In this document: piece after piece, positions 45,584-59,550 of the stretch
Layout: each line of letters opens with the position of its first letter
How positions within the stretch are numbered: position 1 is the first letter of the stretch
Assembly (NCBI GenBank): GCA_036867785.1
Contig: CP145421.1
Coordinates: 186,001 to 250,000, forward strand
Length of the DNA: 64,000 bases
DNA from: Plasmodiophora brassicae
Taxonomy: Eukaryota
Direction: 5' to 3'
The notes under the pieces: generated by a model
Seen by the model: only the letters and a program-made list of their open reading frames with translations
The model's database searches: none
What the model was told of the DNA's origin: nothing
Made by a program: the position numbers and the translations under genes

Positions 45584-46682
45584 TCAGTAGTGGCGGCGCT
45601 CGTACGTCGGCGCGCTGTAGTAGCCCGTCTTCGTCGGGGCGCTGTACGAGTCCGTCGTCGGGGCGCTGTACGAGTCCGACGTCGAGGCGCTGTACGAGTC
45701 CGTCGTCGAGGCGCTGTACGAGTCCGTCGTCGAGGCGCTGTACGAGTCCGTCGTTGGGGCGCTGTACGAGTCCGTCTTGGACGACTCGGCGTAGGCGTCC
45801 GTGGACGATGGGGCGCTGTACGATTCCGTCTTGGACGACTCGGCGTAGGCGTCCGTGTACGATGGGGCGCTGTCGGTGCTGGACGACTCCGTGTACGCGT
45901 TCGAGTTGTGGTACGAGTCCGTCTTGGCGTACGCGTCCGTGTTGGCGTACGAGTCCGTCTTGGCGTACGCGTCCGTGTTGGCGTACGCGTCCGAGTTGCG
46001 GTACGAGTCCGTCTTGGCGTACGCGTCCGTGTTGGCGTTCGAGTCCGTCTTGTACGAGTCCGTCTTGGCGTACGCGTCCGTGTTGCGGTACGAGTCGGCC
46101 TTGTAGATCGGCACGCGGACGTACGACTCCTGCTTGTACGAGTCCGTCTGCTGGTACGCGTCGGACGACGACGACTCCGTCTTCTCGTACGGGTTGTACG
46201 ACGGCTCGCTGTAGCCGGACGACGACGACGACGACTCCGTCTTCTCGTACGGGTTGTACGACGCGCTGTCGGTGTAGCGAGGCTCGCTGACGTACGAGTC
46301 GTCGTGGCTGCGCTCGTAGTCGTTGCTGGCTTCGCCCGAGTACCCGTGGTTGTACTCGTCGGACGACGACGACGACGACTCGTCAGCGTAGAACGACGGG
46401 GCCGAGACGTGGTACTCGCTCATCGGAAGACGGACGCATCCCTTCGGGGCGCATCCCTCAGAGCAGTGCTCGATCGGGCAGAACGATGGGACGTTGTGGC
46501 CTGTGCAACCGGGGCGATCGTCAGGCAACGGTACCGGGGACCGACGACGACGACACATTCGTACAGTTTTCCAAGCACCACTTCTTGGAGGCGACCTTGC
46601 TCAGGGCGCGGCACTCCTGACGCGCCTCGCCAATGGCGACGACGGCCACGACGACGGCCAGGATGACGACCTTGGTGTTCAT
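45584..46682 (-). CDS. Secreted protein: small Cys-rich domain plus long Tyr/Ser/Thr/Asp tandem-repeat tail; intron at 46501-46564
   Basis: Signal MNTKVVILAVVVAVVAIGEA; spliced CRALSKVASKKWCLENCHNVPSFCPIEHCSEGC; TDAYAK/TDSY and TDSYSA(S/P)T repeats. Confidence 0.85.
45640..46265 (-). repeat. Coding tandem repeats (27-bp, 18-bp and about 57-60-bp units)
   Basis: GCGCTGTACGAGTCCGTCGTCGAG-type 27-mers at about 45640-45775; 18-mers at about 45910-46095; duplicated SYNPYEKTESSSS block. Confidence 0.9.
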
Positions 46683-47104
46683 GTCTAAACGCGCTGTTGT
46701 TCCTTGGCCTGAGACGACAATATCGAAGTGATTGGGACGGATCGCTCGACGCCCGCCACATCGCCCGTTGCTTGCGTCGCCCCTGGGCCTGGGGTACCCC
46801 GCGCCCCGCCCCGGGGCAACGTTAACGCACCCCGGCCCCGTTTGAATAATATCTTCCCCGTCTGTGACGACGCGCCGACCCAGTCGCACCGCGCGCGCCT
46901 TCGCTCGCCCACCGCGTCGTTGTTCCACACGCAGCTGACGTTACGCGGCCGGGCCGTTCGTCGGTCCCCGCTGGGAACGGCGGCACGCGAGGCGGCGCGG
47001 CCAGGCGCGTGCGAGGCGTCTAATGCCCGGGCAGCCGGCAATACACAATGTTCGCCGCGCTCGTCATCACCACCCTGCTGGGCGCGTTGTGGTAGCGCGT
47101 GCTG

Positions 47105-48852
47105 CTAGACGTTTATGGACGATTGCAGGTCGCGCAGGGCGTGCACGATTCGTAACCGGCGGGCGGCGTCATCGGGCTGGGCGGCGGCGGGCCCGGCAGG
47201 GCGCGGGGTCGGCGCGTCCCGGCACGTGACGGTGCGCAGGCGCTGCACCAGGTCGAGCTTGGCGTCCAGCTGCCTGCGCGCGCTGTCCTGTCGCCTGGGG
47301 ACGCGGGCCGGCGACCCGGGCCGCCACACCGCGAACTGCGGGCCTGTCTCCCGCAGGTCCTTCCTCAGCCGGCGGATGTCCCGGTCGAGGACGTCGAGCA
47401 CCTCCGACACCGGGACGTCGGGCGACCCGGCCGTCGTTTTCTTCTTCTTCGTCGTCGTCGTCGTCGTCGTCTTCTTCCGCGTCCCGGTCGCCGCTGCCTT
47501 CCTCGGCGCCGGCACCGACAACAGGTCGTACACCAGGTCCCTCATGCCGGCGAGCTTCTCGTTCAGGGCGGCGACCTCGGCGCGGGCCGACGCGGCCGTC
47601 CGGTCGGCGGCGTCGGCGCGGCGCTGCTCGGCGCCCGCCTCGGCCTGCAGGGCTTGCACCGTCGACGACGCGTCCGACTCGGCGCGGGCCCGACTCGCCT
47701 CCAGGGCGGAAACGCGCGCCTCCGCCCGGTCCAGCGCCGCCTGCACGGCCGCCAGGCGCGCCTGCGCCGTGCTGGCCCCCACCTGTGACGCACCCACGGT
47801 CACGCACCCGGCAACGTGTGTGCGTGCGCGCCACGCACCTCGCCGTCGCGCGCCCGGCGCTGCAGCGCGTCGTTCGCGCTCGTCTGGGCGGCCAGCGCCG
47901 ACTGGGCCTCGTGCAGGCGCCGGTCGGCGTCGGCCAGGGCGGCGGCGAGTCGGTCGCGGTCGCGGCGCACGTCGTCGCCGGCGACGCGCAGCTCGCCGGC
48001 CTGGTCGCCGACGGCGGCGGCGGCGCGCCTCGCCTCGTCGACCTGGGCGCGCAGCTCGACGATCCTGTTGCGGTCGGCCTGGAGCGTCTCGCGCAGCTCC
48101 CCGATCGTCACCTGCGCCTGGGCGAGCGCCTTGGCGTCGGCGTCGCCCTGGTCGGCGCGGCGCGACAGCTGGGCGACCCGGTCGCGCAGCGCCCGGACGT
48201 CGGCGTCCAGGTGCGTCTTCTCCGCCTGGACCAGGGCCTCCTTCAGCGCGTCCTCCGCCTTGCGTTTGGCGACCTCGTTGCCCAGCAGGTCGCAGCGCTG
48301 CTGCAGGTCGCGGGCCTGCCTGGCGGCCGCGTTCCGGGCGCCGGTCACCGTCGCCAGCTGCTCCTTCAGGGTGCAGACGAGCGCGCGCTGCTCGTCGGCG
48401 CCCGCCTCCGCCGCCTTCATCGCCGCCTGCAGCTCGCGGTTCGTCTCCTTCAGGCTGGGGACGACGTCGCGCAGGGCCCGGTCGAGGTCGCGTCGCAGGT
48501 CGGCGCCGGCCCCCTCGAGCTGTTCCGTGTGCCTCTTCGCCGCCAGGTGCGCCGCCTTCCACCGCTGCACCTCGCCGCGCAGCGCCCCGAGCGCCTCGGT
48601 CGACGTGCGCAGCTGGCCGTCCCTGCGGTCCAGGTCGGCGGCCAGCGCCGACGCGCGCGCCCGCGCCTGGTCCCGGTCGTTCTCCGCCTGGCGCAACGCG
48701 TGCGCCGCCTCGGCCGCCGCCCGGGCGTGCACCGCCCGCTCCGTCTCCAGTCGGGCGTGCAGCTCCGTGTGCGCCAGGCGCAGCGCCACCAGGTCGTTGC
48801 GGTCGGCGTCCGGCGCGCCGCCCCTCCCCAGCGACGACGTCGTCCTCGCCAT
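47105..48852 (-). CDS. Long coiled-coil protein (possibly centrosomal/ciliary), two exons
   Basis: A/R/L/E-rich heptads in ORF 47800..49026 starting at MARTTSS, spliced to VGASTAQARLAAVQAALDRAE... Confidence 0.75.
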
Positions 48853-48934
48853 CCCGACTGACGGTACGCCAAACGATCCGCTATGTAGGTATGTCGGCCC
48901 AGGCCCACCTGGCGCCACCACCGGGGGTGGGTGC

Positions 48935-49021
48935 CCCGACTGCGTGGCTGCAGCTCCGCACGTTTCCCGACTGCGCCGCTGCAGCTCCGCAAATTTCCCG
49001 ACTGCGTGGCTGCAACGCGCA
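48935..49021. repeat. 31-bp intergenic tandem repeat, about 2.8 copies
   Basis: CCCGACTGCG(TG/CC)GCTGCAGCTCCGCA(CG/AA)TTT starting at 48935, 48966 and 48997. Confidence 0.9.
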
Positions 49022-49060
49022 GTCACGCCTCGCTATTTCCGTCGTCGTCGCGCGTATGCT

Positions 49061-50173
49061 TTATGCATTCGCGGGCGCGTCGATGCCGATCCAGACGGAC
49101 TTGCTGAGGACGGAGACGACGATCCATTCGTCGTGGCGCCGGACGAGCCACTGGCCGTCGCGTCGGACGGGGCGGCCGTCGGCGCCGACCACGACGACGG
49201 GTCGGCCGCGCTCGTCGGTGGCGACCCGGCCCGGGAAGGTTTCGCTGCGCAGCCGGATGCCGACCGTCATGATGCCGACCTTCATCATCAGGTCGCCGGG
49301 GCGCACCGCCGCCAGGCGCCCGTGGTCGTCGATCGTCACCTGGACCTGTCGCTTCAGCAGCAGGCGCCGCGCCTCCTTCGCCCGTTTCCGTATCTTGCCG
49401 TTGCCGTCGACGACGTACGTGTCGGGCGCCTCGACGTCGATCACGGCCCGGTCCTCGCCACCGCCGATTAGGTCGACGACGGCGACGCCCTTGTCGACGC
49501 GGGCACCCTGGAACACGTTCGTCGACACGACCGTCACGCCCAGCTTGGCCGCAAACCGTCGCACGACATCGTCGACCTGCTTCCCCGTGTACGCCCGCGA
49601 CCGCCCGTCCTGTAACGCCCTCATCGCATCCCACGCCGCCGCCTCCTTCACCGCGCTGCTGCGCTTGCTCGCTTCCTGGGCCTGGGCCGGTTGGACCTCG
49701 GCCGGTGCTGGTGGTGGTGGTCCGGGTTCAGCCTCCACAGCTGGCGTGCGTCCGGCCGTCAACGTCGTCGCCGACGCAGCCGGCCACCAGGCACGTGGTG
49801 GGACGGGGTCGTGCACCGGCACCGTCAGGGCGGTTCGCGGCGCCGACCTGGGCGCAGGGCGTCGGGTGAACCGGGCGTACGGGCGCAGGCACCGTTGCAT
49901 GATGCATCCGAACCGCCCCTGCAGGCCAGGCAGGGCGCTGGACACGACGGACACGCCGACGACCCTGTCGAGGTCGTCGACGGCGGCCAGGCCGGCAGCG
50001 CCGACCTGCACGACAGTGCCGTCGGGCACGCCGACGTACGAGAAGTACGGCCAGACGCAGCAGACGACGGTGCGGCACATGAGGACCGCCTGGCCGTTGG
50101 CGGCCACGACGAAGCGCTCGCCGCGGGCCGCGATCAGCGGTCGCTCCTCGTCGTCGTCGTCGTCGTCGGCCAT
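49061..50173 (-). CDS. Hypothetical protein
   Basis: 370-aa ORF with an ATG start, GC3-rich codons and a Pro/Ala linker between two Val-rich regions; no family recognised. Confidence 0.65.
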   Translation of the reverse strand: MADDDDDDEERPLIAARGERFVVAANGQAVLMCRTVVCCVWPYFSYVGVPDGTVVQVGAAGLAAVDDLDRVVGVSVVSSALPGLQGRFGCIMQRCLRPYARFTRRPAPRSAPRTALTVPVHDPVPPRAWWPAASATTLTAGRTPAVEAEPGPPPPAPAEVQPAQAQEASKRSSAVKEAAAWDAMRALQDGRSRAYTGKQVDDVVRRFAAKLGVTVVSTNVFQGARVDKGVAVVDLIGGGEDRAVIDVEAPDTYVVDGNGKIRKRAKEARRLLLKRQVQVTIDDHGRLAAVRPGDLMMKVGIMTVGIRLRSETFPGRVATDERGRPVVVVGADGRPVRRDGQWLVRRHDEWIVVSVLSKSVWIGIDAPANA

Positions 50174-50443
50174 CGTGTTTGCGCCCGATGATGATGGGCG
50201 CGCGAGTCGACGTGGTGGTAGCCGCCCGTCCCAGCAGTGCAGTGGGCTCGGCTACCAACCATTCGACGTTGCATGTAGGATCCTAGTCGCATGCCCTGCA
50301 AGTCGCACGGAAGAAGTCGACGACGAAGACGGGGTCCTTAGCAAGCAGGGCACCAGGGGGCTCGACAACCCGAAACAGAGCCGTTGCATCGTTCTCGTCG
50401 TGTACTACTTATATATTGTACGAGTATTAACATGGCGCGCGCC

Positions 50444-52280
<1,837 letters not shown>

Positions 52281-52372
52281 CGCAACAGTCCCAGAGGAGG
52301 AGGCCTCCCGTTCGCAGACGCGCAGCCTTTGGGCATCACGATCCCCTTTACAAACGCTGATGTATATTGCTA

Positions 52373-55300
52373 CTACTCCTGCTGTATGGTCGGCACGTCG
52401 TCCATGGCGATGCTGCCGTCCAGCAGGCCGAAGCAGGCGTCGCAGACGCGCTGCACCTTCCTGGGGCTGCGCGCGTCCAGCGAATCCACGGGCAGCTCCA
52501 GGCGATGTGTGGAGCAGGCCGAGCAGACCGCCTGCGAGCACCACGCGCAGGTCACCTGTGGGCACACGTCAGATCGGATCCCGCCTACCTATGTAGGGGG
52601 ACAGCAAGCAACGCCATCATCAGCAGACCCAGCACCGACCTTGCGACGCAGCAGGGAGAAGTCGCGAATGCAGAAGCGGCAGCCGCGCGGCGAGTGCTGC
52701 CCGTGCGGCCCCTTGGTCCGGCCGAGGAAGCTGGACATTAGGGCGGCGCGGTTCTGCGCCGTCGCCGAGTCCTGCGTCGCGCTGTACTCGGGCGGCGCGT
52801 CCGACGCGGCGGCGCTCTCGTCCTTCGTCGTCGTCGTCGTCGCCTCCGACAGCGACTGCGCGTGGTCCTTGGGCAGCTGGCGGGTGGCCTCGACCCAGTG
52901 CTTGTGGCGGTAGTAGCAGACCTCGATCTGCTTCTCGATGTCGGCCATCCACGCCTTCTTCTCCTGGGCGTTGGGCGCCATCACCGTGAACGTCTTCTGC
53001 GGCGACACGATCTTGAAGGCGTGCCGCAGCGTCGGCTGCGACTGGGCGTCCGCCGACAGCGGCCGGTCGACGATGTCGGTCAGGCGGCACATGGACAGGT
53101 GGACGACCTTGTGCAGCTTCAGCTTCTGGAACTGTTCGCGCGCGTACAGGATCAGGTCGGTGAACAGGAAGAACCGGTAGATCTGCTGCTTGTTCGCCGA
53201 CGACAGCTTCGTCAGGTGCCCTTCGCGGACGAACGTGCGCTCCGGGTCGACCAGGAGGACCTCGTCGCTGAACTCGCCCTGGATGTTCATCAGCACGGCC
53301 TGGTCGCGCTCGAACACCAGGTGCCGCTTGGTGCGGTTGGCCACCTGGATGATGGCGTGCACCGCCTTCTTGCTGCGGTTGCCGACCAGGAGCTTGAAGT
53401 CGGAGACCCAGTTCTGCGACATGTGCTCGCCGGCCACGACGTTCTTGCGGATCTGGGCCGGCGCCAGCGTCACCCTCGACTGCTCGATGTACGTGATCTT
53501 GGCCAGGATGCCGGTGAACGCCTCCAGCTCCTCCTGGGCGTTCGCCGCCAGCGCGATGACGGACGCGAACTTGAGCGCGTCGATGCAGGCGGACTTGACC
53601 TCGACGTCAAAGTCGCAGTCCTTCTCGAGGACGGTCGTCAGCGCCTGCAGCAGCACGGGGAAGATGACCTCGAACATGCCCTTGACGATGTGCTTCGAGT
53701 CGGTCGACATGAAGCGGCGCGGGCGGATCGACGACGACTTCAGCCAGGCGAGGCCCTGGCGGCAGAACAGCTCGCACTCGCTCCTGAAGTGCGTCTCGGT
53801 CGCCGACGTCGACGACTTGGGCGGGCCCAGCTCGGTCGGCCCCGACTGGTACGACGCCGACACGATCGCGCTCGAGTCGTCCTTGGCCGTCTGCCACTCG
53901 ATCGACTTGGCGGCGATCCCGTCGAACAACGAGCTCAGCAGCTGCGTCGGCAGGGCCGCGTTCGCGTCCGCGCTCTGCACGTTGCGGATGAACTGTGCCT
54001 TCGTCATCGGCGGGCGCGCGTGCTTCCCCGCCCGCAGCCGGGGGTCGTGGATGTCCGTGTTCAGCATGATCAGGGCGAACGCGACGAGGTAGACGGTCTC
54101 CGTCGACGGGAACACGCCCGGGTTGTCGCGCACGTACGCGTCGGCGAACGTCTGGATCAGGCGGTCGACCTTCTGCGCCTCGCCGGGCAGGCGGAACCCG
54201 GAGTGCACGAGGAAGTGGCGCAGGGCGGAGTCCAGGTCGAGCGACGTGAAGTCGATCAGCGACATGAACGCGCGGCGCAGGGCGACGAACTGGCCGGGCG
54301 TCATGTTGCGCGTGTAGTCGGTGGCCAGGAACTCGCCGATCTCGCTCTTGTCCAGCTGGTGGGCGTGCACGCTGAGGAACAGGGCGGTCTCCTCGGCGTC
54401 GAACAGGCCGCGCCGCGCGTTCAGCATGGCCACGGCCGACTTGAGCGATTCGGACCGGGCCAGGGCGATCGCCTCCGCGTACAGCATCTGCGCCTTCTTC
54501 TGCTGCATGTGCCTCGACACCCACGTCGACGACCGTATCCGACGGTCGCGCGTCTCCGCCTTCTTGTCTTCGGCGGCGTCGTGCGTGTCGACGTCGCAGA
54601 GCGACTGGGCACGCTTGTGCGGCGCCTGGGCAGGCAACGGCGTCTCCTCGGTGTCGAGGACGGCCATGGGCGACACCGACGACGACGACGCCGACACGGG
54701 CGTGGCCGCAGAGAACAGCTCGCCGAACGACGACTGCTTGGCGATGCCCTTCGGCGACAGCGACATCAGCGTCTCGAGCATGTGCGGCGAGATGATCGAC
54801 GACGACCGGGACAGGTTCCCGTTCGAGATCTCGTTCAGCGTGATGTTGGGCGGCGACACGAACTGCGCCAGCGACTCCAGGAAGGCGACGACCGTCGTCA
54901 GCGCCGTCCGCTGCAGGTTGATCTGGCTGGCGTTGCCCTCGTTGGCCGACATCAGGAACGCGGCGTGGATCGGGTGCTGGTGCTGCTGCTGCTGAGCCGG
55001 GCTCGTCGCCGGGCTCCGCACCGTTCGGTAGGCGGCGGCGCCCCTGGACAGCTTGCCCTCGCTGAGCTCGCAGAGCGACCGGACCAGGCCGCCGAACAGG
55101 TTGCGCCGCAGGATGTCGTTGTCGTAGTTGTAGAACAGCTCGATCTGGGACTCGGCGGACGAGAAGATGGAGGCGATGGCCTCGATCAGGTCGATCTTCT
55201 GCTCCGGCCAGCAGTTCGGGCTCTGGATCATGCCCAGCAGGACGGCGTCCATGATGACGCCCAGCTCGGTCTTGAGCAGGTGCCGGTACCGGCCCCACAG

Positions 55301-57121
55301 CTCGGAGAACAGGGCCAGGACGAGCTTGAAGATGGCCGGCACGACGGTGACGCACGACTCGAGCAGCGACACGCAGACGAACCGGCGCAGGATCAGCAGC
55401 GGCGAGCGCGACGTGAACAGCGACACGGCGGACGGGTGCGACACGATCCGCAGGATCAGCGTCAGCGCGTGGATCTTCCGCATGATGGATTCGGATTTCG
55501 CCGACAGCCGGAACGACGTCGGGTACGAGGCGACTTTGCAGGCGGTCAGCAGCAGGCCGACGATCAGGCGCTGGATGTGCGCGTTCTGCCCCGGCATCAG
55601 CCGGACGAGCAGGCGCCCGGTCCTGGCGCGGAACGCAGCGTTGATGTCGCGCAGGCGCTGGAACTCGTTGACGTCGCGCTGCGTCGTCTTGTGGAGGGCG
55701 ACGGTCTCGCCCAGGCCCACCAGCAGGTCGTTACGGATCCAGGTCCGAATCAGGTCGCCTTCGTCGCGCACCTCGATCGTCAGCGACAGGCGCCGCGGTC
55801 GCTCCGAGGCGCCGGCCGCGTCGTTGCTGGGCGACGCGGCCGGGTCGGTACGCGACGTGGCGGGCGTCGTGCCGGCGGCGCAATCGTCGGTCTGGACGAA
55901 CAGGAAGTCGGCGATCTGCAGCGAGGCGCATTCGCGGCGGTCCTTGTGCCGCTCGAAGAAGAACGTCTCGTAGACGCGCAGCACGGTCTCGATGTCCAGG
56001 TCGTACACGTACCGGATGAAAGCGTCGAGCAGCACCTGGACGTTCAGCGCCTGGATCGCCCGCGAGAAGTGCGACCGCCCGATGACCTGCGAGTCGCAGA
56101 TCGCGTGGAACACCCGGTTGAGCAGCGGGCCGCCGAGCGTCACGTTGAGGCCGTTCGCCAGCAGGACGAACTCGTGCAGCGCTTTCAGCGCCTGGACGAC
56201 GACCTCCTCCTTGGGCGAGAACAGGCACGCGCAGAGGAGCGCCGCGGTCGACGCCCACCTCTGGTCCAGGCCCGTCCGGAATTGCAACACCAGCGGCCGC
56301 ACGTCGAGGCGGAAGCACAGGTACACCTCGCTGCCCGCCTTGCAGAGGCTGCACAGGTCGGCGGGGTCGTCCTCGGGCGTCTTCGCCAGGCGATGGAACC
56401 CGGGCGGGACGGCCTCCTTGCGCGACTCGAACAGCAGCGCGAGTTCGCAGATGGGCGGGCCGGTGCCCCGCGACGAGCACAGGAACATCCGCTGCGACCC
56501 GGCGCCTTGCGACAGGTCCGCGTTGCGACCTTCCACCGTCTGCTCGATCTTGACGAACCCCATCGGCGGCTCCTGCTGGTGGTCGTCGTAGACGACGACC
56601 AGCGCCGTCAGCGGCGGGACGGACGCTCGCCGTATGGCGCATAGCTGGATAACGCGCCCGCTGCCGCTGCGCTTGTTGATGTCGCCGTCCTGGCCCGATA
56701 TCGACCGGAGGACCTCGAAATCGGCGGGCGCGGATTCGCCGCTGTCGATCAGGACGACCTGGACGTCGGTGACCGCGCCCGGCACGGTCGCATTGTCGAA
56801 CGCCGACCAGGCGCGGTCGTAGTCACCGTCGAGGATCGCCTCGCACATGGGTAGGACGGGCAGGCCGGCGGCGTGCACGGCCAGCACGTCCCTAAGGTTG
56901 CCGATCTCGAACTTCGCAATGCCATCGCCGTCGGCGGCCGAGATCTGCCGTCGCAGGCCGAACCTGGCGGCCGCATCGGGCGACAGCGCGACCACGTCCG
57001 CCATGGACTTCGACGCGTCGACGTCGTCCGCCGCGCTCGGCGACGCCTTCTCCTGCAGCAGGCCATCGTCGCCGACCTTGTCCTTGTCGAGGCGGTCGCC
57101 GACGGTCACCTCCAAGCTCAT
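52373..57121 (-). CDS. Large ArfGEF: MABP-like N-terminus, HUS/Sec7_N, Sec7, PH and FYVE domains
   Basis: ELFYNYDND (HUS box), [35 protein letters not shown]...[10 protein letters not shown]...EKKAWM (PH), [24 protein letters not shown]...RVCDAC (FYVE). Confidence 0.92.
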
Positions 57122-57532
57122 CGCGGCTTACGGAGCGGTCAGCGCAACCATATGCGCGCGCGCCTGGTCGCGTCGCGTCGGTCGTCGGCCCCGCGTGCCA
57201 GCAGCACCTGCAGCAGGACAGCGCCCACGCCCCCCAAACGCGCACGAATGACTGTGGGCCCTCCCCCTCAAATGCCCGAGGCGTGCGCCGACTCTGTCGA
57301 CGGACGGACAGGCAGAGCGGCCAGGGCAATTTTTGGGGGCGGTGCACCAAAATCGGACGCCCGGCCCTGGACGGACAGACAGACGCGCAACCGCTCTCCC
57401 TTGTGGCCGACGACCTCCTCCTACCAACGTACCTACGCGTACTGACGGTTCCGCCGAGCCGCATCATCGTTCCCACCGGATAGCAAGTCCTGTATTGGCG
57501 AACGGACGGGGGTCGCCGGCCCTCCCCCCGGT

Positions 57533-59550
57533 CTACAGGCGGGATGGTTTGGCGCGCGTCGTGATGTACTTGTAGCAGACCAGGGTGAGGAAGTCGGCGA
57601 TCTGCGCGTCGAGGACGAGGTGGCGGTAGACGTCGGCGGCGAGGTCGAATTTCGACTGCGCGAATTTGGCGCCTTGCTCCGATTTGATCGACGCGACGAC
57701 GGCGTCGAGCTCGCTGGAAATGAGGCCGGGCGTGACGCGCGTCCCGTCCGACAGGGAGACACCTGTCGGTGTGTTGCCCGTGAGCTGTCGCTGCCCCACA
57801 CATCCTGGTCACCCGAACCCTACCATGGTGAAGCCATTGCCAGAGCTGCGAGCGACTGATTTCCGCTGTGGCGGCATCCTCCATCTTGTTGTGGATTGGC
57901 ACACACCCGATGCCACGCAGCCAGGCCTGTTCCAAAACGCGTCACTTGGACGCCGGCCGGTGGGTGTGCCCGGATAAGCCATACCTCAACGTAGCGTAGA
58001 CCGACGTCAAGGTTGTCGCGAAGGCCGGCGCGCGTGATCGACCCGCCTTTACCGATGTCTGACCAACCCACCAGTGAGCTGATCAGTACGAGAAGCAGCA
58101 GGCACGCCACGATCGGACCAAGCAGATCGGCAGCAGTGATCGGGCGCTCGTACTTGGGGTGGACATCCAATTGGTTCTTGCCCCGCATGTGCTCATTGAA
58201 CGCCTTCTTAGCAATCTCGATCAGCCCCGGATGAGCGACCTGCACCGTTTACGTGAGGGCCCGCCCATGAACGTGAAACACACGTCCCCGACCCAAGTGC
58301 CATCGTGCCCGGCCTTGACTTCGCGCAGCTTATCGGCGCGAACCTTCGCCATGGCTTTGGCATTAGCTTCGGCGTTGTCCTTGATCGGAATCTGTAGCAG
58401 ACGGTGAGATGGGGGGCAACACGGCACCAACTCATTAGTAAGGGACCTGTGCCGCCATACCACCCTAGAACCGTTGGAGCGGTCAGACCCGACCATGTGC
58501 GATCAGCAGGCGGGTCTCGTACCATCGCATGGACCCCGCGGCGATGACAGGTCTGGATGAGGAGACGGACGTACGCATCCATGAACGGGCGCGTCATGCC
58601 GACCTCATCGCGGTCGGGAAGCACAAACTGCTTGTGCTCCTTGAGCTTCTTGATCAGGCTGAAGATGTAGTCCCATCGACCGCAGTTGAGGCCGATCGAG
58701 TGGTCGCGCAGCTCGTATATGATCTCGTCCATTTCGAACGCCGCCAGTATTGTCTCGATGAGCACGGTTGCCCGAATCGTTCCTTGTGGAATGCCGCGCG
58801 CACTCTGAGAGAACACGAACACGTCGTTCCACAGGCGCGCCTCGCGGTGAGACTCCATCTTGGGCAAGTAGAAATACGGGCCGCTGCCATTCTGCAGTAG
58901 GCGATGCGCATTGTGGAAAAAGTACAGCCCAAAGTCGAACAAGGCGCCTGTCGCGCGCGCACGCGTTCACCAACGGGCTGTACAGATGGCGGAACGCGTC
59001 GAAACGTACCAGAGACGGGAGCGCCATCGACTCGGAAGTGCTCCTCGTTCAGGTGCCAACCACGTGGGCGCACCAACAGCGTCGCGACCTTCTCCTTCAG
59101 CTTGTAACGCTTCCCGCCCGATTCGAGACTGATCGTGCCGGCGATGGCATCGCGCAGGTTGACCTGCCCGTTCAGAAGGTTCTCCCACGTGGGCGCAAGC
59201 GAGTCCTCAAAATCGGCCATGAAGACGTTCGCCCCGGAATTCAAAGCGTTGATCACCATCTTGCGATCGGGAGGGCCGGTGATCTCCACGCGGCGTTCTT
59301 CCAGATCCGCTGGCGGTGGCGGGCACCGCCACGATCCCGATCGAACCCACTCCGTCTCCTTCAGGAACGTCGGCAGCGCACCGGCGTCGAGCCGCGACTG
59401 GCGGGCCTTGCGCGCGTCCAGCAGGGCCAACCGGCGCCCGTCGAACCGACGGTGCAGTTCGGCGACGAACGCGACCGCATCGGGAGACAGGACCCAGCGG
59501 GCGCCAGCGGGCACCGCTCCCTCAATGCTGACACCGTCCACACGCGCCAT
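57533..59550 (-). CDS. Malate synthase A, peroxisomal/glyoxysomal, multi-exon
   Basis: [69 protein letters not shown]-terminal PTS1-type SRL*. Confidence 0.96.

Noticed and set aside
45584-46265. Regular repeats as a CRISPR array
   Set aside because: No unique spacers; units are multiples of 3 and encode a Tyr/Ser/Thr-rich protein; eukaryotic context with no cas genes.
52862-56644. 1260-aa plus-strand ORF, and other long antisense ORFs (43373..45301, 36035..37840, 29015..30352, 47115..50531)
   Set aside because: Shadows of real opposite-strand genes caused by high GC3 and scarcity of stop codons; no recognisable motifs.
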